NCBI GenBank assembly: GCA_036676495.1
Contig: JAKFCT010000020.1
Span: forward strand, 1-64,000
From: Candidatus Sericytochromatia bacterium
GTDB taxonomy: Bacteria > Cyanobacteriota > Sericytochromatia > S15B-MN24 > UBA4093
Length of the DNA stretch: 64,000 bases
Reading direction: 5' to 3'
Position 1 is the stretch's first letter. Every line of letters begins with the position of its first letter. The translations under genes were made by a program, and so were the position numbers. This document shows, one piece after another, positions 17,450 to 27,282 of the stretch. The notes beneath the pieces were generated by a model that was not told the DNA's origin, searched no databases, and saw only the letters and a list, made by a program, of their open reading frames with translations.

Positions 17450-18007
17450 ATGGCACGCAAGACCCTGGTGGCCCTGGCTTCGTTGACCCTGGCGGCTTCG
17501 GTCCTTGCCGGCTGCGGAACCTCCCCCATGACGGGGATGGGCCAGACGGGCGAGAACGCGGCCAACGCGCAATCCGCCGACACCCAGCGCAAAGCTCCTC
17601 CGGCCGTCGAATCGGCTGCCGCGGCGCAGGTGGGCACCGATGCCGTGGTGGACGCCTCTTATGAAGTCGACAAGGCCCGCCGAATTTCGTCGGACACCCT
17701 CTACCGCTACGACGAGCTGCTTCGGGACTGGAAGCGCGCCTACTCGGACTACGACAAGGACCGGATCGAGGAGCGGATGCTTCGCGAGCTGACCGCGGGC
17801 CTCAACGACGTCCAGCGCGCGGTTTCCTCGGGCCACGGCTACTCGGCGCGTCAGGTCTACGACATCGCGGACCGTGCCCTCAACCGCTACGAGAGCCTGC
17901 GCCGGGACTGGCAGCGCGCCTACTCCACCCGCGAGCGCCGCAACATCGTCAACGACATGCTCGTCGCCCTGACCAACGCGCACAAGGACATCAAGGCCGT
18001 CTACTAA
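17450..18007 (+). CDS. Lipoprotein with internal duplication
   Basis: LAGC lipobox; LYRYDELLRDWKRAYS / LNRYESLRRDWQRAYS. Confidence 0.8.
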   Translation: MARKTLVALASLTLAASVLAGCGTSPMTGMGQTGENAANAQSADTQRKAPPAVESAAAAQVGTDAVVDASYEVDKARRISSDTLYRYDELLRDWKRAYSDYDKDRIEERMLRELTAGLNDVQRAVSSGHGYSARQVYDIADRALNRYESLRRDWQRAYSTRERRNIVNDMLVALTNAHKDIKAVY

Positions 18008-18027
18008 GACGCCCCACGATTCCTCCA

Positions 18028-18055
18028 AAGGCCCCCACCTCCGGGTGGGGGCCTT
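18028..18055 (+). terminator. Intrinsic terminator-like hairpin
   Basis: AAGGCCCCCACC-N4-GGTGGGGGCCTT. Confidence 0.7.
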
Positions 18056-18269
18056 CGGCTTGCCAAATGGGCCCTGTCAGCCCCCGCATGGCTTCCTTTC
18101 CCTGCACGCCTCGCCGGCCCCACCCGAGCCTCGCGCCTGCCGCCCTGACGTTCACGCCCGAGGGTGAACGGAATGACCCGTCGAGGGCAAAGACCAGGAA
18201 GGTGATCCGGGCGCTAAGCAGTAGCAGCTCTCAGCGCACGTCGAATGACGAAAAGCGACTCGCCCTCGT

Positions 18270-18342
18270 CGTCATTCCCGCCCCCCGCTTTCACGGGAGT
18301 GCCGGCGGGAAGCCAGCGGGTCCCGTTTGCACGGGGATGACG
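18270..18342. repeat. Degenerate REP-like element (CGTCATTCCCGC...GGGGATGACG)
   Basis: Related to the copies at 36191-36291. Confidence 0.55.
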
Positions 18343-18566
18343 GACGGGGGAGGGCGGGAGGGCCGGAGGGGTAGCGCATCGCCTCAAAATTGCACCCGGC
18401 AACCCGATGGTCACTGCGGGCAAGGCCCGCTCAGGCCGGAGTGCCGAGAGCACCGGGGCTGCTGGCAGGATTCGCCCCCTCTTGCCTGCAAGAGCGCACG
18501 GTCGCGAAGCCAAACGAGGCGCCCCCTTTCGGGAGCGCCTCGCAGGATCGTTACCGGACGAAGGGC

Positions 18567-19184
18567 CTAGTAACCGGAGCTGGGAGGAGTGGGCCGATCG
18601 TAGCCGCTGCTCGGAGGAGTGGGACGATCATAGCCGGAGCTAGGGGGCTCGGGGCGATCGTAACCACTGCTCGGGGGGGTAGGCCGATCGTAGCCAGAGC
18701 TCGGAGGGGTGGGGCGGTCGTAGCCGCTGCTCGGCGGAGTGGGACGATCGTAGTCGCGAGGCAGGGGATCGTACTCCAGGCGGGTCTTGCGATCGGTCTC
18801 GACCTTCCAGGACTTCTCGAAGAGGCCGCCCACGCTCTTGCGCTTCTCGAAGAAGCCGAGCTTGCCGTCCTTGTTGCTGTCAGCGGCTTCCAGGAAGGCG
18901 TCGAGGACTTCCTGCTGGGTCAGCTTGTTGTCCTTGTTGGCGTCGGCGTTGCGGAACTCGGTGTCCTTGATGCCGCGGAACTTGTCGTAGTAGATGGTGG
19001 TCCGGGTGACGAAGTCGCTGTCGCCGATGCGATCGGAATAGGTCCAGTAGTCCTTGCCGTCAGCCTTGGTGGTTTCCTTCTGATCGACGACGCCGTCGTT
19101 GTTGGTGTCGAACTTGGCGATGAGGCGCTTGGCATCCGCTTCGTAGCGGGCGAGATCCTTGGGCGAGAGTCCAGAAATGGCCAT
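18567..19184 (-). CDS. EF-hand protein with C-terminal (YDRPTPPSSG)x6 repeat
   Basis: DTNNDGVVD, DANKDNKLT, DSNKDGKLG loops; GGAGGT RBS. Confidence 0.8.
   Translation of the reverse strand: MAISGLSPKDLARYEADAKRLIAKFDTNNDGVVDQKETTKADGKDYWTYSDRIGDSDFVTRTTIYYDKFRGIKDTEFRNADANKDNKLTQQEVLDAFLEAADSNKDGKLGFFEKRKSVGGLFEKSWKVETDRKTRLEYDPLPRDYDRPTPPSSGYDRPTPPSSGYDRPTPPSSGYDRPEPPSSGYDRPTPPSSGYDRPTPPSSGY
18573..18752 (-). repeat. Six 30-bp coding tandem repeats
   Basis: Peptide nearly invariant while codons are synonymously diverged. Confidence 0.9.
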
Positions 19185-19387
19185 CGGTAACCTCCATCTA
19201 GGGGGGCGACGCTTGCCTTCAGCGGTTGACCTGTTTGCGCTTTGCCGCCGGGCTGTTGTGGAGGTTATCGCGCTCCGGAGCTAAAGACTTGCTTAACCCG
19301 CATTAAATTCCAGCTTATTAACTCCGCACGGCAGGGGATTCATCTCGGCGCAACCCTGGGGCTTGGCCGGGGAGCTATAATGAAGGC

Positions 19388-21055
19388 ATGCAGACCAAAT
19401 GGTGGGGATGGGGAGACGCGAAGAAGCGCTACTCCCTGGATCAATCGCCGAGATTCTGGCCGTTTCTCGAGGCGCAGATCGGGCCGCTCGGTGAGCAGCC
19501 TGCGCGTCCGGTCGCGCGTGAGGATATCGCCCTTCCCGCGTCGCGCATGACCGGCGAGGACCGGGTGGCCTTGCAGACGATCCTGGGACGCGAAGGCTTT
19601 TCGCAGGAGGCCGGGGATCGGATCGGTCATGCCTACGGCAAGAGCTACCGGGATCTCATCCGGCTACGCCGCGGGGAGGTCCCGCATCCTCCCGACGCCG
19701 TCCTTTGGCCCCGCACCCATGACGAGGTGCAGCGGGTCCTCGATTTCGCCACGGCCCGGGGCTGGGCCGTCATTCCCTTCGGGGGCGGCACGTCGGTGGT
19801 CGGCGGCGTCGAGGTGCCGCCGCACCTCTCCGACCGGATCTTCCTGTCGCTGGATCTCGCGCGGCTCAACCGGGTGCTCGAAGTCGATCCCCTGAGCCGC
19901 CTGGCGCGGGTCGAGGCCGGCATCCTGGGGCCCGACCTCGAGGCGGCACTGCAAGCCCAGGGAATGACGCTCGGCCATTATCCCCAGTCCTTCGAGTTCT
20001 CGACCCTGGGCGGCTGGGTGGCCACCCGCTCGGCGGGCCAGCAATCCACCAAGTACGGAAAGATCGAGGCCATGGTGGCAGGCCTCCGGGTCGCCACCCC
20101 CCGCGGTCCCCTCGTGGTGAAAGCGCTTCCCGCCCGGGCGACCGGCCCCGACCTCAACGGCCTGATCGTGGGTTCCGAAGGGATCTACGGCATCATCACC
20201 GAGGTCAGCGTGCGCATCCACCCGGTCCCCGCCCGTCGGGACTACCGGGGCGTGCTGCTGCCCAGCTTCGAGCGCGGCGTCGAACTGATCCGCGCCCTGG
20301 TGCAGTCCGGCATGCAGCCGGCGACCGCCCGGCTCTCCGATACCGCTGAGACCGAAGCCCTCATGGCCATGAGCAAGAGCCCCAAGAGCCCTTTGCAGGC
20401 GGCCCTCGAGAGGTTCGCCAAGCGCTTCCTGATGCGCGGCCCCGCCGCCGCCAGCCCGTCCCGCTGCATGCTGATCCTGGGTTACGAGGGCAGCCAGGCT
20501 GAAGTGCTGGCCAGCTGGGAGCGCGCGCGCAGTCTCATCCGGGACCATGAGGGCCTGCCCGTGGGCAGTTCGCCCGGCGTCTCGTGGTACCGGAACCGCT
20601 TCGAGCTGCCCTACCTGCGGGACACCCTGCTCGACCATGGCGTCATGGTCGACACCTTCGAGACCTCCGCGACCTGGGCCAAGCTTCCCGAGCTCTACGC
20701 GCAGATCCGCAGCGCCACCCAGAGCGCCCTGGAGCGCGAGGCGGGCCGCGGGCACGTCATGTGCCACCTCTCGCATGCGTATCAAGATGGAGCCTCCCTG
20801 TACTTCACCTTCACCTCTCGCCAGGCGGAAGATGCCCTGGCCCAGTGGCTTGCGGTGAAGCGGGCGGCGACCGACGCGATCCTCGCGGGAGGCGGAGCCT
20901 TGAGCCATCACCACTCGGTCGGCCTCGACCATGCCCCGTGGATGGCCCAGGAAATCGGGGAAACGGGCCTCATGGCCTTGGATGGCATCAAGCGGGCCCT
21001 CGATCCGAGGGACTGCATGAACCCTGGAAAGTTGCTGCCGCGCGACATCGGTTAG
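19388..21055 (+). CDS. FAD-linked oxidase, alkyl-DHAP synthase (AGPS)-like
   Basis: KWWGWG, PFGGGTSVVGG, GHYPQSFEFSTLGGW.ATRS.GQ, SHHH.VG..H, MNPGK. Confidence 0.88.
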   Translation: MQTKWWGWGDAKKRYSLDQSPRFWPFLEAQIGPLGEQPARPVAREDIALPASRMTGEDRVALQTILGREGFSQEAGDRIGHAYGKSYRDLIRLRRGEVPHPPDAVLWPRTHDEVQRVLDFATARGWAVIPFGGGTSVVGGVEVPPHLSDRIFLSLDLARLNRVLEVDPLSRLARVEAGILGPDLEAALQAQGMTLGHYPQSFEFSTLGGWVATRSAGQQSTKYGKIEAMVAGLRVATPRGPLVVKALPARATGPDLNGLIVGSEGIYGIITEVSVRIHPVPARRDYRGVLLPSFERGVELIRALVQSGMQPATARLSDTAETEALMAMSKSPKSPLQAALERFAKRFLMRGPAAASPSRCMLILGYEGSQAEVLASWERARSLIRDHEGLPVGSSPGVSWYRNRFELPYLRDTLLDHGVMVDTFETSATWAKLPELYAQIRSATQSALEREAGRGHVMCHLSHAYQDGASLYFTFTSRQAEDALAQWLAVKRAATDAILAGGGALSHHHSVGLDHAPWMAQEIGETGLMALDGIKRALDPRDCMNPGKLLPRDIG

Positions 21056-21071
21056 AAGAGAGGAGCGGATC

Positions 21072-22814
21072 TTGGCTCGCGAATGGTCGGCGCTCTCGCG
21101 CCAAACCACCCTGGAACGGCTCGGGAAGGAGTCCTGGGACTTGCTCGTCATCGGGGGCGGGATCACGGGGGCGGGCATCGCCCTGGAGGCCGCGCTGCGC
21201 GGCTTCAAGGTGGCGCTGGTCGAGCGAAACGACTACGCGAGCGGCACGTCCTCGAAATCCTCCAAGCTGCTGCACGGCGGCCTGCGCTACCTCGAGCACA
21301 TGGAGTTCAAGCTCGTGCGTGAAGCGCTCACCCAGCGCAACAAGCTCTTCAAGCACGCCCCGCACCTCGCCAAGGAGTTGCCCTTCCTCTTCCCCATCTA
21401 CCGCGAGAACGGCGACAGCCTGGGCATCATGGACGTGGGCCTCTGGCTCTACGACAGCTTCTCGTCCATGTCGGACTTCCACCGCTCGCGCATGCACCGG
21501 CGCATCAAGCCCAAGGAGGCCCTGGCCCAGGAGCCGGCGCTCCGGGAGGAGGGGCTGAAGGGGGCGTTGGCCTACGTGGACGGCCTCACCGAGGATGCCC
21601 GGATGGTCGTCGAGACCCTGAAGACGGCCGTGCGCTGGGGAGCGGCACTGGCCAACTACACGGAGGTCAGCTCCTTCCAGCACGGTCCCGACGGCAAGGT
21701 TTCTCGCGTCCTGGTCACGGACCGCCTGAGCGGCATGGAGATCACCGTGCATGCCCGTCGGGTCATCAACGCGACAGGCCCCTGGGTCGACCGCATCAAC
21801 CGCATGGACGATCCCGAGGCCGTCAGCAAGCTCAAGCCCACCAAGGGCATCCACATCGTCACCCGCCAGGTGACGGATCGCGCCCTGGTCATCAAATCCC
21901 GTCCCGAGGACGGCAAGCGCCGCTGGATGTTCGTCATCCCCTACTACGGCCGCTCGATCATCGGGACCACGGATACCGCCCATCCCGACGACGGCGACGA
22001 TCGCTACCTGGACGACGACGTCTACGCCACCTCGGACGAGATCCGCTACGTCCTGGAGGCCACCAACGACGCCATCCCCGGCGCCAACCTGACCGAAGCC
22101 GACGTCATCGCCACCTTCGGTGGCTGGCGGCCGCTGATCGCCCCTCCCGAAGCGACCTCCGAATCCGACATCTCGCGCGAACACGAGATCTTCGAGACCC
22201 CGTCCGGCATCATCGCCATCGCGGGCGGCAAGTACACCACCTTCCGCTCGATGGCGCGCCAGGTCATCGACTTCACCACCAAGGCCATGCGCGAGGAGGG
22301 CTGGGTCCCCGACGCCAAACGTCGGCACTCCGACGACCTGCCCCTGGAGGGCGGCGACATCCCGCTCGACTCCTTCGCCTCCTACGTGGACTACTCGGTG
22401 CGCCAGCATCCAACTGTCGAGAGCACGCTCATCAAGCGGCTGGTCGAGCGGTACGGGACCAATTACCGGCAAATCCTCGCCCTGATCGAAAGCGACCGCG
22501 GGCTGGACCGCGAAGTCAACGACCTGAGCCCCGAGATCCCCCTGCTGAGGGCGGAGATCGCCTACATGGTCCGCTTCGAGCAAGCCATGACCCTCTCCGA
22601 CGTCATGATGCGCCGCACGCGCATTCACCTGCTGGATGCCGACCAAGGCCTGCGTGCCACGGAAGAGATCGCCTTCACCATGAGCCAGACCCTCCAGGGC
22701 CTGATCGGTTGGGACGAGTCCTATCGGCAGCATTGGACCGATCGCGAGATCGAGGCCTACCGCCAGGAAGTCCGCAGAGGCCGGGAGACGGCTCTCGATC
22801 CGCTTCAAAGCTGA
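21072..22814 (+). CDS. glpD: FAD-dependent glycerol-3-phosphate dehydrogenase
   Basis: IGGGITGAG, GTSSKSSKLLHGGLRYL, NATGPW, GGKYTT. Confidence 0.92.
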   Translation: MAREWSALSRQTTLERLGKESWDLLVIGGGITGAGIALEAALRGFKVALVERNDYASGTSSKSSKLLHGGLRYLEHMEFKLVREALTQRNKLFKHAPHLAKELPFLFPIYRENGDSLGIMDVGLWLYDSFSSMSDFHRSRMHRRIKPKEALAQEPALREEGLKGALAYVDGLTEDARMVVETLKTAVRWGAALANYTEVSSFQHGPDGKVSRVLVTDRLSGMEITVHARRVINATGPWVDRINRMDDPEAVSKLKPTKGIHIVTRQVTDRALVIKSRPEDGKRRWMFVIPYYGRSIIGTTDTAHPDDGDDRYLDDDVYATSDEIRYVLEATNDAIPGANLTEADVIATFGGWRPLIAPPEATSESDISREHEIFETPSGIIAIAGGKYTTFRSMARQVIDFTTKAMREEGWVPDAKRRHSDDLPLEGGDIPLDSFASYVDYSVRQHPTVESTLIKRLVERYGTNYRQILALIESDRGLDREVNDLSPEIPLLRAEIAYMVRFEQAMTLSDVMMRRTRIHLLDADQGLRATEEIAFTMSQTLQGLIGWDESYRQHWTDREIEAYRQEVRRGRETALDPLQS

Positions 22815-22915
22815 GCCAGCAGCGGCTCGCAGAGCCGCCATGGACTTGAAATGGGTACGAAGCCACGGCAGCTGGGTAAGGAGGATCTCGTCCCACCCAC
22901 TGCCGGAAACGCTGC

Positions 22916-24709
22916 ATGACCATTCTTCAACTTGCCGCACTCATCAACATCACCGGGACGCTCGTTGCCTGGCTCATCGCCTTGGCCTTGATCCGGGGCT
23001 ACCCCTACCCGTTTTTCCGCGTCTGGACGGCAGCCTACGGCTGCGGTGTCCTGGTCGCCTGCTTGGAAGGGGTCGCGACCCTGGGCGGGCGACCCGCCTG
23101 GGGAATCGTGCTCGAGATCGGGCTCACAGTGGCGAGCGCCAGCTTGCTGCTTCGGACCAGCTGCCTGCTGGAGGATCGGCCCTATGCGCGATGCTGGTCG
23201 CCGATCTTCGGGCTCGCCGGGATGGGGGTGGCGGTCGTGCTGCTCGGGCTGGGGGCCAGCTTCGACGCGATCGCCGTCTTGCCCCTGCTCTTCCTGACCT
23301 TCAGCTTCATCCGGCTGGGGATCGCGCTGCTCGGAGTCGGTAAGCGAACGGGAATCCGCGGGGCCATCTGGCCGGCCATCCCCTTGCTCCTACACGGTGC
23401 GCTGATCTGGAGTCCCCCGATCCTGAGCCGGATGGACGCACTCTGGGTCAGCTACTGGCTGATTGGACTGGTCGATACGCTGGTGGGAGTCGGCATGATC
23501 GTCTTCATGCTGGAAGAGACCGCCTGGCAACTGCGCATGCGGAACTCCGATCTCACCGGCGCCCAGGACCACCTCAACCGGTATCGCCTGCTGGCCGAGC
23601 GCGCGCGGGACATCATCTTGATCCTCGACACGGAGGGGCGGGTCATCGAGGCCAATCATGCTGCCGTCGCCGCCTACGGCTACACGTACGAAGAACTTCT
23701 GACCAAATCCTTGCGGGAGCTGCGGGCCCCCGAGACCCTCTTGGAGCTCGACCAGCAGCTGGCGCAAGCGGAAAGCGACGGGCTCTTGCTCGAGACCCAG
23801 CACATCAAGAAGGACGGGGAGCGTTTCCCGGTCGAGATCAGCGCTCAGGGGATGGATCTCGAAGAGAGAAGGGTCCTGGTGAGCATCGTCCGGGACATCT
23901 CCGAGCGGCGGCGCATGGAGGCGATCCTGCGCGAGCAGAATACCCGCTTGCTGGAGCTCGACCGGCTCAAGGGGGATTTCATCAATGCCGCGTCCCATGA
24001 GCTCCGGACGCCCCTGACCTCGATCAAGGGCTACGCCGAGTTCCTCGAGGATGAGGTGGGAGGCGCCATGACCGTCGAGCAGCAGGCCTTCGTCCACCAG
24101 ATCCAGGAAGGAGCCACCCGGCTGCAGCGCATCATCGACGACATGCTGGACTTCGCGCGCCTGGAAGCCGGGACGTTCACCTTGCTCCTCCAGGAAGCCG
24201 AGCTGTGCGCCCTGGTCGCGGCGGAAGTCTCCAGCATGACGCCCCAGGTCTCGGAGGCCCGGATCACCTTGACGCTTCAGCTTCCCGAGCGCCCCGTCTG
24301 GGCCCGCATGGATGCGCGGCGGGTCGGGCAGGTCCTCCTGAACCTCTTGAGCAATGCGATCAAGTTCACGCCCGTCGGAGGCCAGATCGACGTGAGGGTC
24401 CTGCCGGGCCCGGATCACGTCCGGCTGGAGGTTCAGGATACGGGAATCGGGATCGCCCCGGAGCACCAGACCCGGCTTTTCGACAAGTTCTTCCAGGTGG
24501 ATCCCAGCACCACGCGCCAACACGGCGGGGCGGGGCTCGGGCTCGCCATCTCCAAGGCCTTGATCGACGCCCATAACGGCTCCATGGGGGTCAGGAGCGA
24601 ACTCGGACGCGGCACGACCTTCTGGTTGGAGTTGCCGGTACCGGCAGCGAGGGCGATCGCCCCCGCGGAGGAGTCGGGTTTACAAGCGGAGCGGATCGGG
24701 CTAGACTAG
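22916..24709 (+). CDS. Membrane PAS-domain sensor histidine kinase
   Basis: About 7 TM helices, PAS, SHELRTPL H-box, NLLSNAIKFT, DTGIG, GAGLGL. Confidence 0.93.
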   Translation: MTILQLAALINITGTLVAWLIALALIRGYPYPFFRVWTAAYGCGVLVACLEGVATLGGRPAWGIVLEIGLTVASASLLLRTSCLLEDRPYARCWSPIFGLAGMGVAVVLLGLGASFDAIAVLPLLFLTFSFIRLGIALLGVGKRTGIRGAIWPAIPLLLHGALIWSPPILSRMDALWVSYWLIGLVDTLVGVGMIVFMLEETAWQLRMRNSDLTGAQDHLNRYRLLAERARDIILILDTEGRVIEANHAAVAAYGYTYEELLTKSLRELRAPETLLELDQQLAQAESDGLLLETQHIKKDGERFPVEISAQGMDLEERRVLVSIVRDISERRRMEAILREQNTRLLELDRLKGDFINAASHELRTPLTSIKGYAEFLEDEVGGAMTVEQQAFVHQIQEGATRLQRIIDDMLDFARLEAGTFTLLLQEAELCALVAAEVSSMTPQVSEARITLTLQLPERPVWARMDARRVGQVLLNLLSNAIKFTPVGGQIDVRVLPGPDHVRLEVQDTGIGIAPEHQTRLFDKFFQVDPSTTRQHGGAGLGLAISKALIDAHNGSMGVRSELGRGTTFWLELPVPAARAIAPAEESGLQAERIGLD

Positions 24710-24736
24710 AACAATCGTTCGAGTCGAAAGGAAGCC

Positions 24737-25204
24737 ATGCGCCGATCCGATTCGCCCTTCACGGGGCTGAGCCCCCAGGAAGGCAAGCGCCTCAACACGC
24801 AACTCAAGGACTACCTGCGCGATTACCCGGACCTTGCCGGCGAGGATCTGGCCGAGGTCTGGCATGACGAGCAGGAATCCCTGGCGGAGGGCACCTGGCT
24901 GGCTCCCTACCTGGAAGGGGAGAGCTGGATGCGGGAGGTTCCGAGGGCGATCGCCTCCCTGCGCCGAGACTCCGCCTACAAGGCGCAGGCCAAGGTCTAC
25001 CGCCAGCAGGCCAAGGAGCGCCACCAGGACCGCCAGCCGGCCACCCCCCGCCAGAAGAAGCTCCTCACACGCCTGACCAAGCGCCAAGAGGCTCCTCCAC
25101 CCATCGAAACCCTGTCCAAGCTGAAGGCCAGCCACCTCATCCAGCAGCTCCTTCAGGAGGGATCGGCGATCGCCCCGCCTCCTTCCCCGGAAACCACGCC
25201 CTGA
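24737..25204 (+). CDS. Hypothetical protein (C-terminal PATxxQ...ASxLI motif, DUF3072-like)
   Basis: QPATPRQKKLL...LSKLKASHLIQQL; AAGGA RBS. Confidence 0.65.
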   Translation: MRRSDSPFTGLSPQEGKRLNTQLKDYLRDYPDLAGEDLAEVWHDEQESLAEGTWLAPYLEGESWMREVPRAIASLRRDSAYKAQAKVYRQQAKERHQDRQPATPRQKKLLTRLTKRQEAPPPIETLSKLKASHLIQQLLQEGSAIAPPPSPETTP

Positions 25205-25227
25205 AGCCTCCGGGCCTTCGCCGCTTC

Positions 25228-25255
25228 CCCCCCGAGCCTGACTCGGGGGGTTTTT
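25228..25255 (+). terminator. Rho-independent terminator
   Basis: CCCCCCGAG-N5-CTCGGGGGG-TTTTT. Confidence 0.75.
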
Positions 25256-25371
25256 CTTGACATGCTTGTCGCCCATTCTTGACATCGGAGAGTCGATATG
25301 AATAAATTATTTCGCAATTTAATCATATTCGTGAATCCTGCATCCTCGCCGCAAGAAGGAGTCCCCCTCTC

Positions 25372-26409
25372 ATGCCCAAACGATTCCTGATCGCCCTGAT
25401 CGTGAGCAGCCTCTCGGTTACCGGATGTGAGCTCCTCAAGCAATCCAACCTGACGCTCTCTCGTGGCAGCGCCGAACTCGTGGTGGTTCCGCAAATCGTC
25501 ACCGGAGGTTACCGAGCACAGGCGCTCGTCGCTCCCTTCACCGCCAAGGATATCGACCACCTCGTGCTCAAGCTCTTCAAGCTGGATGGCCAAGCGGAGT
25601 CTCCGGTCCTGGATCCGGCCGGAAAGGCCGTGGTCAAGGTCATCCCCGGCGCGCAACTCACGAGCGCCGTCAGCTTCAGTGCGCTTCTACCCAATACCAC
25701 CTACCGCATCCGCGCCTATGCCTACAAGGCAGAGGGCGAGAGCCCGAGCAACCTCATCAGCACGGGAGATGCCTCCTCCTACACGGACATCACCCTGACC
25801 AACGACGACCAGCCCGTGACCGCCACCCTCAAGGTGAAGCTGATGGACGTGCTCTTCAACGGTCAGGCCACCGCCTCCGGGATCGTCGTGACTCCCGGAG
25901 GCTACACGACCGATGAGGAGGTCAGCATCCAGCTCGGGCCGATCACCCAGCTCATTCAGCCCGAAAGCCCCTTTTGGGCGCAGCATGGCCCCGAGCTGAC
26001 CCCCGGCATGACCTGGATCTACGAGCAGCAGATGGTGCACCAGGGGAACCCGAAGACCGTACGCTTCCGTGCGGAGATCACCGCGCTCGACGCCAGCGTC
26101 GTCACGTATCGCATCGAAGGCACCATGGACGGCGAAACGCAAAGCTCAACCGGCCCGATGGAGCGGGCGCGCTTCGGTGGGCAGCTGACTCCGATGGGCA
26201 TGGTCTACGTCGTGGAAGGACAGGAAAGCGTCACCGTCCCCGCGGGGACCTTCCCGAACGCCTACAAGCTGATCTCACGGTCCGTCTTGGAGGAATCTCG
26301 CGTCTGGGTGGTCCCGGGAATCGGCATCGTCCGGGAAGAGGTCGTCCCCATCGGGGAGTTTAGTACCACCCGTCCGTCGAGCAGGCAGCTCGTCGAGTTC
26401 ATCCCCTAA
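25372..26409 (+). CDS. Lipoprotein, beta-sandwich-like domain plus C-terminal domain with VTVPAGTF motif
   Basis: VTGC lipobox; LLPNTTYRIRAYAY...TLTNDDQP. Confidence 0.75.
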   Translation: MPKRFLIALIVSSLSVTGCELLKQSNLTLSRGSAELVVVPQIVTGGYRAQALVAPFTAKDIDHLVLKLFKLDGQAESPVLDPAGKAVVKVIPGAQLTSAVSFSALLPNTTYRIRAYAYKAEGESPSNLISTGDASSYTDITLTNDDQPVTATLKVKLMDVLFNGQATASGIVVTPGGYTTDEEVSIQLGPITQLIQPESPFWAQHGPELTPGMTWIYEQQMVHQGNPKTVRFRAEITALDASVVTYRIEGTMDGETQSSTGPMERARFGGQLTPMGMVYVVEGQESVTVPAGTFPNAYKLISRSVLEESRVWVVPGIGIVREEVVPIGEFSTTRPSSRQLVEFIP

Positions 26410-26435
26410 GCGCCCCGGCCATGCGAGGACTCGCC

Positions 26436-27257
26436 ATGAAGAAGAACCTGACCCTGACGTCCCTGATCCTGGCGGCCGCAATGGGGCTCGCGGCATGCAC
26501 GTCCCAGCCCGCCCCTATGCAACCCGAAGCGTCCCGCGAAGCCAGAGACCTCTGGCTCGTCCCCAAGCTCATACGGCCAACGGAACTTCAAGCCAAGATC
26601 CCTGAGTTTCGCGCCGAGGATATCCACCGGCTCGAAATCATCCCTTACTGGCAACCTGATTCCGGGCCGCTCCAGCCGCTATCGAAGGTGAACGGAGAAC
26701 CGACGACCCCCGACGATACGGAGATCCTGAGGGTCCCGATGAGCGCAGCCGAGCTCAGCGAGGGGAGGGCGATCGCCCTGACGGGCCTCCGCCCTCAGCA
26801 GACGTACCAGATCGTTGCCCATGCCTACAGCCTCGACGGGGAGCGGATCTCGAATCCCGGCGACTCGAGGGTCCAGGTGAGGCTCACGAACGACGATCGC
26901 CCGACGGTTCCAACCGTCTTACCCTTGCAACTGCTTCCCACGGCCTTCCATGGGCAGATGCCGCTCCAGCTCGCGCTCGACGACCCCTTTGAAAAGGTCG
27001 ACCACGTCAAGCTGTACGTCTTCGAAGTCTATAACGGCTGGCCACTTTCTGCGGCGATGCCGATCGATATCCGCCGGGATCAGTTGCCGCGACTCGTCAC
27101 CTTGCTCCACCTGAAAGCGCGAACGTCCTACAAGCTCGAAGTGAGGGCGCGTCCCGCGGATCCACAAGGTCCTGACCTGGCCGTCCAGGAACTGACCTGG
27201 CGCATGGAAGACGACGACGAGCTCGCAACCAAAAGCGTGAGCGTGGTCGTGCGCTGA
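26436..27257 (+). CDS. Lipoprotein paralogous to the upstream gene (two related domains)
   Basis: LAAC lipobox; LRPQQTYQIVAHAY...RLTNDDRP and LKARTSYKLEV...MEDDDE. Confidence 0.75.
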   Translation: MKKNLTLTSLILAAAMGLAACTSQPAPMQPEASREARDLWLVPKLIRPTELQAKIPEFRAEDIHRLEIIPYWQPDSGPLQPLSKVNGEPTTPDDTEILRVPMSAAELSEGRAIALTGLRPQQTYQIVAHAYSLDGERISNPGDSRVQVRLTNDDRPTVPTVLPLQLLPTAFHGQMPLQLALDDPFEKVDHVKLYVFEVYNGWPLSAAMPIDIRRDQLPRLVTLLHLKARTSYKLEVRARPADPQGPDLAVQELTWRMEDDDELATKSVSVVVR

Positions 27258-27282
27258 CGAGGAGCCCCCGAGGCCGGGATGC

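Noticed and set aside
18573-18752. 30-bp repeats as CRISPR
   Set aside because: Contiguous coding repeats with synonymous variation and no spacers.
19185-19250. c-di-GMP-I riboswitch-like words (GGCAAA, GCGCAAA, GGTTACCGATG) on the minus strand
   Set aside because: No P2 stem with GNRA loop between the two words and no convincing P3; an Infernal/Rfam search would be needed.
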